Assembly: GCA_046757665.1 (NCBI GenBank)
Contig: JBHHYO010000079.1
Coordinates: forward strand, 1 to 12,088
Direction: 5' to 3'
DNA: 12,088 bases
Source of the DNA: Nitrospinales bacterium
Lineage (GTDB): Bacteria; Nitrospinota; Nitrospinia; Nitrospinales; JAJDAT01
Each line of letters opens with the position of its first letter. Positions within the stretch are counted from its first letter, which is position 1. Under the pieces are notes generated by a model that ran no database searches, was not told where the DNA came from, and worked only from the letters and a program-made list of their open reading frames with translations. Of this stretch, positions 1 to 7,648 are shown one piece after another. A program made the position numbers and the translations under genes.

Positions 1-5
1 TAAAG

Positions 6-19
6 TGATATTATATACT
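6..19 (+). promoter_or_regulatory. Candidate sigma70-type -10 region for ffh (TG-a-TATTAT at 6-14, or TATACT at 14-19)
   Basis: AT-rich stretch about 65-75 nt upstream of the ffh ATG with near-consensus -10 hexamers. Any -35 would lie outside the window. Confidence 0.35.
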
Positions 20-83
20 AAGAAATTCAACCGATTCATTCGACTGATTCATTCCATTCTGCGGGAGCCGGAGCGGGTTTTAA

Positions 84-1424
<1,341 letters not shown>

Positions 1425-1458
1425 AAGGAGACCTTTGCGTAAGTGTACTTGTTTGACC

Positions 1459-1545
1459 GTCATTGCGAGGCGGTAGCCGAGGCAATCCAGACTTTCTGGA
1501 CCGCCACGCCGCCGATGACGGTTCGCGATGACACCGGGGGCGGCG
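1459..1545. repeat. REP-like palindromic element, family A, copy 1 (GTCATTGCGA...TCGCGATGAC plus 13-nt tail)
   Basis: Terminal inverted repeat 1459-1468/1523-1532 (one G-T). Internal hairpins GGC-GGTA-GCC and TCCAGA-CTT-TCTGGA. 1498-1545 matches the reverse complement of 4712-4759 at 41/48 positions. Confidence 0.8.
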
Positions 1546-1692
1546 CATGAACGCCGGCACGTTCCCGTAGGGGCTCCCTTTTGAAAATAAAACTTTCCTC
1601 TTGAAAAAGAGGGTTGGCAGTACCCGCCGGCATCAACCGGGCGGGAATCGCAAGATTGAGTTCTTGCTAATCTTAAACAAGGAGGTGCCGGT

Positions 1693-1938
1693 TTGGCTGT
1701 TGTTATCAGATTGACTCGGCGCGGAGCGAAAAAAAGACCCTTTTACCGCGTGGTTGCCGCCGATTCCCGCAAACCGCGGGACGGCAGGTTTCTGGAAGTT
1801 CTGGGAACTTACGATCCGTTGAAAAAGGAAGACAACATCAATATTAATTCGGAAAAAACCATGGCATGGCTCAATCGGGGCGCCAGACCCTCCAAAACAG
1901 TGGAGTCCCTGATTAAAAAAGCCGGCATCGTCCGGTAA
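1693..1938 (+). CDS. rpsP: 30S ribosomal protein S16
   Basis: [38 protein letters not shown] is the S16 signature. TTG start preceded by the strong SD AAGGAGGT (1679-1686). Confidence 0.98.
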   Translation: MAVVIRLTRRGAKKRPFYRVVAADSRKPRDGRFLEVLGTYDPLKKEDNININSEKTMAWLNRGARPSKTVESLIKKAGIVR

Positions 1939-2052
1939 AAAAAGCTTCCTCGTCAACGGCCGCCAAACCGGAGTGGGTGAACTTGAAAGCCAGTTTTATG
2001 TTTTCTCGAACTATAAATCAGGCTGTTACCATTACGGGCCGGAGAGGGGATC

Positions 2053-2283
2053 ATGAGAGAGCTGATTTTGGCAATCGCAAAAGCTTTGGTGGACAAACCG
2101 GATGAGGTGGAGTTGGCGGAAGTGGAAGGTGAGAAAACAACGGTTTTAGAACTCCGGGTGGCGAAGGACGACCTTGGGAAAGTGATCGGCAAACAAGGCA
2201 AAACCGCCCGTGCCATGCGCACCATTTTGAATGCCACCGCAACCAAGATGAAAAAACGCGCCGTCCTGGAGATCATCGAATAG
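2053..2283 (+). CDS. khpA: KH-domain RNA-binding protein KhpA/YlqC family
   Basis: 76 aa, with ALVDKPDEV and [17 protein letters not shown] (KH GxxG loop). Typical position between rpsP and rimM. SD GGAGAGGGG upstream. Confidence 0.93.
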   Translation: MRELILAIAKALVDKPDEVELAEVEGEKTTVLELRVAKDDLGKVIGKQGKTARAMRTILNATATKMKKRAVLEIIE

Positions 2284-2287
2284 ACCG

Positions 2288-2821
2288 ATGGATTGGGCTC
2301 CTTTCGGAAAGCTGACCCGGACGCACGGCCTGAAGGGTGAATTGAAACTTCGCCCCTTCTTCGCCGATGCCGATTTGTGCCGTCGTGGGGACGGCGTTTT
2401 GCTCGCCGGGGATGACCCGGCCGCGGCAGACGACACGGGCCGTGAATATGCCGTGCAATCCATCCGCGGCTCCAACGCCGCGCCCATCGTCAAGTTCGCG
2501 GGATGCGATTCCATCGAGGCGGCCAGGGTGTTGCGCGGCTTCACGGTGTTCGTCTCCAGAAAAAAATTTAAAACCCTCCCCGAAGGCCGGTATTACTGGT
2601 TTGAGGTCCAAGGGCTGGAAGCCTACGACGAGGCGGGAAAGTTTTATGGATGCGTTTCGGAAGTGATCGAGACCGGCAGTAACGACGTCTATGTCGTGAC
2701 CGACGGCGACCGGGAACTGCTCCTGCCCGTCATCGACTGGGTTATCAAGTCCGTGGACCTGCAACGCAACAAACTCGTATTTCACATCGTTGAGGGGCTT
2801 CTTGAAGAAACTGCGGTTTGA
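2288..2821 (+). CDS. rimM: 16S rRNA processing protein RimM
   Basis: [14 protein letters not shown]-terminal motif, LPEGRYYW, and the PRC-barrel segment [10 protein letters not shown]...LLLP. Synteny with rpsP and trmD. Confidence 0.95.
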   Translation: MDWAPFGKLTRTHGLKGELKLRPFFADADLCRRGDGVLLAGDDPAAADDTGREYAVQSIRGSNAAPIVKFAGCDSIEAARVLRGFTVFVSRKKFKTLPEGRYYWFEVQGLEAYDEAGKFYGCVSEVIETGSNDVYVVTDGDRELLLPVIDWVIKSVDLQRNKLVFHIVEGLLEETAV

Positions 2822-3500
2822 CATCATCTCGATTTTTCCCGGACTGTTCGATCCCCTTCTCAATGAAAGCATTTTAAAACGCGCGCGGGACCGGGGCATT
2901 GTGGAGGTCCAGGCGCACAACCTGCGGGACTATTCCCTCGACAAGCACAAAAAAGTCGATGATTACCCCTTTGGCGGCGGGCCCGGCATGGTCATGGGCG
3001 TGGAGCCCATCGCCCGCGCCATCGAGTCGGTCAAGCGCGGCCAACCCGGCGCCCATACGATTCTCCTGTCGCCGCGCGGCGAACGGTTCGATCAGGAAAA
3101 AGCCCGCCGGCTGGCGCAAAGGAACGCCATCATCCTCGTCTGCGGCAGGTATGAAGGCGTTGACGAGCGGGTCGGACGCTTTTTCGTGGACGAGGAAATC
3201 TCCATCGGCGACTATGTATTATCCGGCGGCGAAATCCCCGCCATGGTTTTGCTGGAGGCGGTTTCCCGGCTGGTCCCGGGAGTGCTGGGCGATGAAACCT
3301 CGGCGCTGGAGGAATCCTTTTCCTCTCCCTTGCTGGAGTACCCGCAGTACACCCGGCCGCGGGATTTCCGGGGCTACAAGGCGCCCGATGTCCTCGTCTC
3401 CGGCGACCACCGGAAAATCCGCGACTGGCAACGCGAACAGGCCTTGAAAAAAACCGCCCGCGTCCGGCCGGACCTTCTGAAAAAAGAAAACGTCGGCTGA
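2802..3500 (+). CDS. trmD: tRNA (guanine37-N1)-methyltransferase TrmD
   Basis: Motifs [56 protein letters not shown]. There is no in-frame ATG before the RFDII motif. Start placed at TTG 2802 after GAGGGG (alternatives TTG 2790 and CTG 2811), overlapping the rimM 3' end. Confidence 0.95.
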   Translation: MKKLRFDIISIFPGLFDPLLNESILKRARDRGIVEVQAHNLRDYSLDKHKKVDDYPFGGGPGMVMGVEPIARAIESVKRGQPGAHTILLSPRGERFDQEKARRLAQRNAIILVCGRYEGVDERVGRFFVDEEISIGDYVLSGGEIPAMVLLEAVSRLVPGVLGDETSALEESFSSPLLEYPQYTRPRDFRGYKAPDVLVSGDHRKIRDWQREQALKKTARVRPDLLKKENVG

Positions 3501-3504
3501 CGGT

Positions 3505-3637
3505 TTAGTACTTCGTTGCAAAAGTTCGTATGCTTTACTTCACGCTTCGACAGGCTCAGCGTGACAGCCAGGTTGTCGTCCTGAGCCTGTCGAAGGGCGA
3601 CATTTCCCGGTCACTTGTTTTTGCAACAAAGTATTAG
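3505..3637. mobile_element. MITE-like element: 15-bp TIRs (3509-3523/3619-3633) flanked by TTAG direct repeats, carrying a family B palindrome doublet
   Basis: TACTTCGTTGCAAAA versus the reverse complement of TTTTGCAACAAAGTA matches at 14/15. TTAG occurs at both 3505-3508 and 3634-3637. No coding capacity. Confidence 0.7.
3540..3601. repeat. REP-like family B inverted doublet, copy 1
   Basis: Perfect 15-bp inverted repeat CTTCGACAGGCTCAG (3545-3559)/CTGAGCCTGTCGAAG (3581-3595). Each unit (3540-3565, 3575-3601) is itself a 7-8 bp hairpin. Confidence 0.85.
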
Positions 3638-3672
3638 GCGTCATCCACCCAACCCGGCCGCCGGGAAACACA

Positions 3673-4239
3673 ATGGAATCCAACGCCCACATTCATCTGG
3701 CCCTGATCCACTTCCCGGTTTACAACAAGAACCGCGAGATCGTCGCGTCCTCCGTCACCACGCTGGACGTGCACGACATCGCCCGGGCATGTAAAACCTA
3801 CGGGGTCGGCGGATTTTACATCGTCACCCCGCTGGCGGCCCAGCGGCTTCTGGTGGAACGCATCGTTCAACACTGGAAGACCGGGTACGGAGCCCAATAC
3901 AACTCCACGCGCACGGCGGCCCTCCTCAACACCCGCGTCGAGAGCACGCTGGACGCCGTGGTGCGGGATATCGCCGACCGGTTCGGGGAAAAGCCCCGCA
4001 CCATCGTCACCGACGCCACGGCGTTTCCCCGGAGCGTTGGTTACGGCGAAATGCGGCAACTGCTGGCCGGGCCGGAGCAAAACCTGCTGATGTTCGGTAC
4101 CGGGTGGGGATTGGAGCGCGGCGTCGTGCAACGGGCCGATTACCTGCTGGCCCCCATTCCGGGAAACAACGGGTATAATCACTTGCCTGTTCGCGCCGCA
4201 ATTGCTATTATTCTGGACCGCCTTCTGTCGAACCGCTGA
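3673..4239 (+). CDS. SPOUT-class SAM-dependent RNA methyltransferase (TM1570-like / Methyltrn_RNA_4 family)
   Basis: ALIHFPVYNK, SVTTLDVHDIARACKTYG, FYIVTP, FGTGWGL and YNHLPVRAAIAIILDRL motifs. This family is usually found directly after trmD. Confidence 0.88.
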   Translation: MESNAHIHLALIHFPVYNKNREIVASSVTTLDVHDIARACKTYGVGGFYIVTPLAAQRLLVERIVQHWKTGYGAQYNSTRTAALLNTRVESTLDAVVRDIADRFGEKPRTIVTDATAFPRSVGYGEMRQLLAGPEQNLLMFGTGWGLERGVVQRADYLLAPIPGNNGYNHLPVRAAIAIILDRLLSNR

Positions 4240-4314
4240 ACATGTTCCGCCAGGACGTGGCCCGAAAGTCCATCATAACCATTTATTTTGCTTGTGCAGA
4301 AGGAGAACCGTTTC

Positions 4315-4701
4315 ATGAATCTGATTGATCAGGTCGAATCCGCGCAGATGAAAAAAAATCTGCCCGACATACGGGTCGGCGATACCGTAAAAGTTCACAT
4401 CCGGATTGTCGAGGGAGAAAAGGAGCGCGTGCAGGTTATCGAGGGCATTGTGATCCGTATGCAACATGGCGGTAGCCGCAAGACCATCACGGTGCGGAAA
4501 ATTTCCTTCGGCGTGGGCGTCGAAAGGATTTTCCCGATCCATTCGCCGCGCGTCGAAAAGATCGATGTCGTCAAGCACGCGAAAGTCCGGCAAGCCCGCC
4601 TTTACTACCTCAGGGAACTGCGCGGCAAGGCCGCCCGCTTGAAAGAATTGCGCAAACCGGGGAAAAAGAAGACCGCATCCAAGGCCCGCGCAAAAAGTTA
4701 A
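4315..4701 (+). CDS. rplS: 50S ribosomal protein L19
   Basis: [31 protein letters not shown] and [10 protein letters not shown] motifs. ATG 4315 follows SD AAGGAG (4300-4305) and is preferred over TTG 4288. Confidence 0.98.
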   Translation: MNLIDQVESAQMKKNLPDIRVGDTVKVHIRIVEGEKERVQVIEGIVIRMQHGGSRKTITVRKISFGVGVERIFPIHSPRVEKIDVVKHAKVRQARLYYLRELRGKAARLKELRKPGKKKTASKARAKS

Positions 4702-4711
4702 TCCCCCCTGC

Positions 4712-4794
4712 CGCCGCCCTTGGTGTCATCGCGAGCCGCCACTGGCGGCGTGGCGATCCCGCTTGCCGGATTGCTTTCGGTCCCCTGCGGTGAC
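4712..4794. repeat. REP-like palindromic element, family A, copy 2 (inverted relative to copy 1)
   Basis: GTCATCGCGA-GCCGCC-ACT-GGCGGC-GTGGCGATCC...GGATTGC...GGTGAC. 41/48 identity to 1498-1545 on the opposite strand, with weaker similarity over the other arm. Confidence 0.8.
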
Positions 4795-4819
4795 GTGCTG
4801 GCGTTCCTGGAAATGGCCG

Positions 4820-5419
4820 ATGTTTTTTTACGAAGCCGAGGCGAAACGCAACGGTTGCCTGCGCGTCGCCGGCATTGACGAGGCGGGCCGGGGGCCGCTG
4901 GCCGGCCCCGTGGTCGCCGCCGCCGTGATCCTGCCCGACGAGTGCCACCTTGAAGGCGTCAGGGATTCCAAAAAACTTTCCCACGCCATGCGCGAAAGAC
5001 TGTTCCCGCTCATTCGGCGGACCGCCGTCGGGTTTGGCGTCGCCGTGGTCGAGGCCGATGTCATTGATGAAATCAATATCCTGCAAGCGGCGCGGCTGGC
5101 CATGAAACGCGCCGTGGAGCAATTGCCCAGCCCGCCGGACTTCCTGTTGATCGACGGCAACTGCCGGATCGACTCGCCGATCGGCCAGCGGACCATTATC
5201 GGCGGCGACAACCGGAGCCGCTCCATCGCCGCGGCCTCGGTGCTGGCGAAAGTCACCCGCGACCGCCTGATGATGCAGTACCACGGCCAGTATCCGCAGT
5301 ATGCGTTCGACCGGCACAAAGGCTACGGCACCCGTTTGCACCGCGACCGCATCAAAACCTTCGGCCCCTGTCCCATCCACCGGCGCACGTTCAAGGGTGT
5401 GAGGGAGTTTCTTCGGTAA
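4820..5419 (+). CDS. rnhB: Ribonuclease HII
   Basis: AGIDEAGRGPLAGPVVAAAV, DSKKL, LLIDGN, SIAAASVLAKVTRD and HKGYGT motifs. ATG 4820 chosen because the ORF-track extension to 4763 runs through the repeat. Confidence 0.96.
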   Translation: MFFYEAEAKRNGCLRVAGIDEAGRGPLAGPVVAAAVILPDECHLEGVRDSKKLSHAMRERLFPLIRRTAVGFGVAVVEADVIDEINILQAARLAMKRAVEQLPSPPDFLLIDGNCRIDSPIGQRTIIGGDNRSRSIAAASVLAKVTRDRLMMQYHGQYPQYAFDRHKGYGTRLHRDRIKTFGPCPIHRRTFKGVREFLR

Positions 5420-5421
5420 GG

Positions 5422-5520
5422 GTCACCCTTCGACAGGCTCAGGGTGACAATATTGCTCAGGGTGATAACACGACTCAGGACGGCAATACGGATGTCATGC
5501 TGAGCCCGTCGAAGCATGAC
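5422..5520. repeat. REP-like family B inverted doublet, copy 2, with an internal 3 x 18-bp degenerate tandem repeat
   Basis: Units GTCACCCTTCGACAGGCTCAGGGTGAC (5422-5448) and GTCATGCTGAGCCCGTCGAAGCATGAC (5494-5520), each with a perfect 8-bp stem. Tandem units at 5437-5454, 5455-5472 and 5473-5490. Confidence 0.85.
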
Positions 5521-5537
5521 TTCCAAAAAAACATCCT

Positions 5538-7280
5538 ATGCTTTCTCTCTCCAATAAAAAGTGGATTGTTGCCCGCCCCGCGGAAGACCGGGCGGCCCGC
5601 CTGGCCGATGAGCTTGGCGTTTCCCCCGTCGTCGCCGGATTGCTGATCAACCGAAACCTGGAAACCGCCGATCAGTGCCGGTTGTTTATTGAGGCCGACC
5701 TGGGCAAACTGCACGATCCCTTTTTGATGTCCGGCATGAAAGCCGCCGTGGACCGGATTGTGTCGGCCATCGAACGCGGCGAGTCGATTACGGTATTTGC
5801 GGACTATGACGTGGACGGGGTGACGTCGGCGGCGTTGCTGATCCATTTTTTTCGCGACCTGGGAGTTCCCATTGCGTATTACCTGCCGGAGCGAATGCGC
5901 GAAGGCTATGGCGTGAGCGAGACAGCGCTGTCGAAAATCCGCGCTGACGGCGGTTCCCTGGTCATCACCGCCGATTGCGGCATCACCGCCGTCGGCGAGG
6001 CGCGCGCCGCCCGCGCCATGGGTCTGGACCTGATCGTTACCGACCACCATCAGGTCGGCGGCGAGGGCGTTCCCGAAGCCGTCGCCGTGCTGAATCCGCA
6101 TCAACCCGGTTGTTCGTATCCTTTCAGATTCCTGTGCGGCGTGGGCATTGTCTTCAAGCTCGTCACGGCGGTGCGCTCGGCGCTTTACCGCGCGGGCTGG
6201 GAAAAGGAGCGCCTGCCCAACCTGCGGCAGTACCTGGATTTGTTTGCCCTGGGAACCATTGCCGACGTGGCTCCCCTGACGGGGGAGAATCACCTGCTGG
6301 TCGGGCACGGCCTGGAGGAAATGGCGGTGACCCGCAAACCCGGCCTCGTCGCCTTGAAAGCGGTGACCGAACTGGATGGCGCCCTGGATGCGCGCGCCGT
6401 CGGATTCGTCCTCGGTCCCCGGTTGAACGCCGCCGGACGCCTGGGGAAAGCGGATACCGGACTGCATTTGCTGACCGCCACCGACCTGGACGAGGCCATG
6501 GAGCTGGCAAAAACATTGAACGACGTGAACCGGGAGCGGCAGGATATCCAGAAGTGGATTCAGGAAGAAGCCGAATACCGGGTTGCCCGGGAGATCGATC
6601 TGCAAAGGGATCGAGTCATTGTCCTGGCGTCGGAAAATTTTCACCGCGGCGTCGTCGGCATCGTTGCCGCCCGCGTCATGGAAAAATATTTTCGCCCCAC
6701 CATCCTGATCGCCCTGGAAAACGGCGTCGGGCACGGGTCGGGCAGGAGCATCCCCAAATTCAATTTGCACAAGGCGCTCGCCGAATGCGCGGATTGCCTG
6801 ACGCAATTCGGCGGTCATGCCTTCGCCGCCGGATTCAGCATTGAAGAAAACAATATCGATTCTTTCCGAAAAGCCCTTAACGATGTGGGGCATCGTTTTC
6901 TGGCTCCGGAGGATTTGATTGCGGAACTGGCGGTCGATGCCGCCCTTGACCTGGCAGACATTTCACTTGAGCGGTGCCGGGAAATCCAGAGCCTGAAACC
7001 CTTTGGCGCGGGCAATCCCACGCCGGTGTTTTTGACGGAGGGAGTTTCCGTCCGCGGCGTCCGCTTTGTCGGACGCGAGGAGAAACACGCCCGCTTCCGG
7101 GCCGTCCGCGGTGGCCGCTCGATCGACGGCATCGGCTTCAATCTCGCCGAGGTCTTTCGCCGCGCCGCGGTCGAGGAGCAGACGATGGACCTGGTTTACG
7201 AAATCCAGATCAACGCCTGGAACGGGCGAGAAAAACCGCAACTCAACCTGCTGGACCTGCGCCCGGCGGGCGCGGGCTGA
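5538..7280 (+). CDS. recJ: Single-stranded-DNA-specific exonuclease RecJ
   Basis: DHH-family motifs DYDVDG, TADCG, TDHH, GTIADV, PRLNAAGR. DHHA1 motifs GSGRS and FGGHAFAAG. C-terminal PFGAGNP and OB-fold region. 580 aa. Confidence 0.97.
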   Translation: MLSLSNKKWIVARPAEDRAARLADELGVSPVVAGLLINRNLETADQCRLFIEADLGKLHDPFLMSGMKAAVDRIVSAIERGESITVFADYDVDGVTSAALLIHFFRDLGVPIAYYLPERMREGYGVSETALSKIRADGGSLVITADCGITAVGEARAARAMGLDLIVTDHHQVGGEGVPEAVAVLNPHQPGCSYPFRFLCGVGIVFKLVTAVRSALYRAGWEKERLPNLRQYLDLFALGTIADVAPLTGENHLLVGHGLEEMAVTRKPGLVALKAVTELDGALDARAVGFVLGPRLNAAGRLGKADTGLHLLTATDLDEAMELAKTLNDVNRERQDIQKWIQEEAEYRVAREIDLQRDRVIVLASENFHRGVVGIVAARVMEKYFRPTILIALENGVGHGSGRSIPKFNLHKALAECADCLTQFGGHAFAAGFSIEENNIDSFRKALNDVGHRFLAPEDLIAELAVDAALDLADISLERCREIQSLKPFGAGNPTPVFLTEGVSVRGVRFVGREEKHARFRAVRGGRSIDGIGFNLAEVFRRAAVEEQTMDLVYEIQINAWNGREKPQLNLLDLRPAGAG

Positions 7281-7319
7281 AACTTTGTTTTAAATCGTTG
7301 CCGCAAGCATCCCCAGAAC

Positions 7320-7348
7320 TTGACGTTTAACGTTATTCGTTATATTCT
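7320..7348 (+). promoter_or_regulatory. sigma70-type promoter of higBA (TTGACG-17 bp-TATTCT) with a palindromic operator in the spacer
   Basis: -35 at 7320-7325 and -10 at 7343-7348. The spacer contains the palindrome TAACGTTA (7328-7335) and TAACG-N5-CGTTA (7328-7342). Confidence 0.7.
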
Positions 7349-7354
7349 TTTTGC

Positions 7355-7636
7355 GTGCTAAAATCGTTCAAATGCCGGGAAACCGAAAAGTTATTTAACC
7401 GCGCCTTTTCCAGAAAACTTCCGCAAAACCTGCAAAAGTTAGCCGTTAGAAAGCTGTGGATGCTACATGCAGCAACGGACTTGAAAGCTTTGAGCGTACC
7501 GCCATCCAATTGTCTGGAACGGTTGCGGGGTGATCGCATGGGGCAATACAGTATTCGGATCAACCTGCAATGGCGCATTTGTTTTGAATGGCGTGCGGGC
7601 GATGCCCATAACGTCGAAATTGTGGATTATCATTAG
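7355..7636 (+). CDS. higB: HigB-family toxin (RelE/ParE superfamily, 'plasmid maintenance killer' type)
   Basis: MLKSFKCRETEKLF...PPSNCLERLRGDRMGQYSIRINLQWRICFEW...VEIVDYH is a classical HigB pattern. GTG start. Toxin precedes antitoxin. Confidence 0.93.
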   Translation: MLKSFKCRETEKLFNRAFSRKLPQNLQKLAVRKLWMLHAATDLKALSVPPSNCLERLRGDRMGQYSIRINLQWRICFEWRAGDAHNVEIVDYH

Positions 7637-7648
7637 AAGGAACATATC

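Noticed and set aside
33..54. Direct repeat GATTCATTC at 33-41 and 46-54 upstream of ffh
   Set aside because: Only two 9-mers in a low-complexity ATTC-rich stretch. No supporting evidence for a binding site.
1983..2032. Internal promoter before khpA (TTGAAA 1983-1988, TATAAA 2012-2017, TG-t-TACCAT 2024-2032)
   Set aside because: TTGAAA-TATAAA spacing is 23 bp, and the extended -10 alone is too weak to call.
3545..3595. Family B hairpins (also 5422-5520) as Rho-independent terminators
   Set aside because: No adjacent U-tract on the + strand, and they lie between co-oriented genes. A dispersed repeat explains them better.
3498..3675. Idea that the MITE split an ancestral TrmD-TM1570 fusion gene
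   Set aside because: The trmD stop precedes the element. Removing the MITE and one TTAG leaves a 43-nt gap, which is out of frame.
4813..4829. Phase variation or frameshift at the T7 run at the rnhB start (out-of-frame ATG at 4813)
   Set aside because: The in-frame ATG at 4820 yields a complete RNase HII, and T7 is short.
1459..5520. Palindromic repeats as a CRISPR array or integron attC sites
   Set aside because: The repeats are dispersed between core genes with no regular unique spacers and no cas or intI gene. They lack consistent RYYYAAC/GTTRRRY ends.
5475..6893. 472-aa antisense ORF and 289-aa alternate-frame ORF within recJ
   Set aside because: Expected artefacts of GC-rich codon bias. 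Arg/Pro/Gly-rich or motif-less translations.
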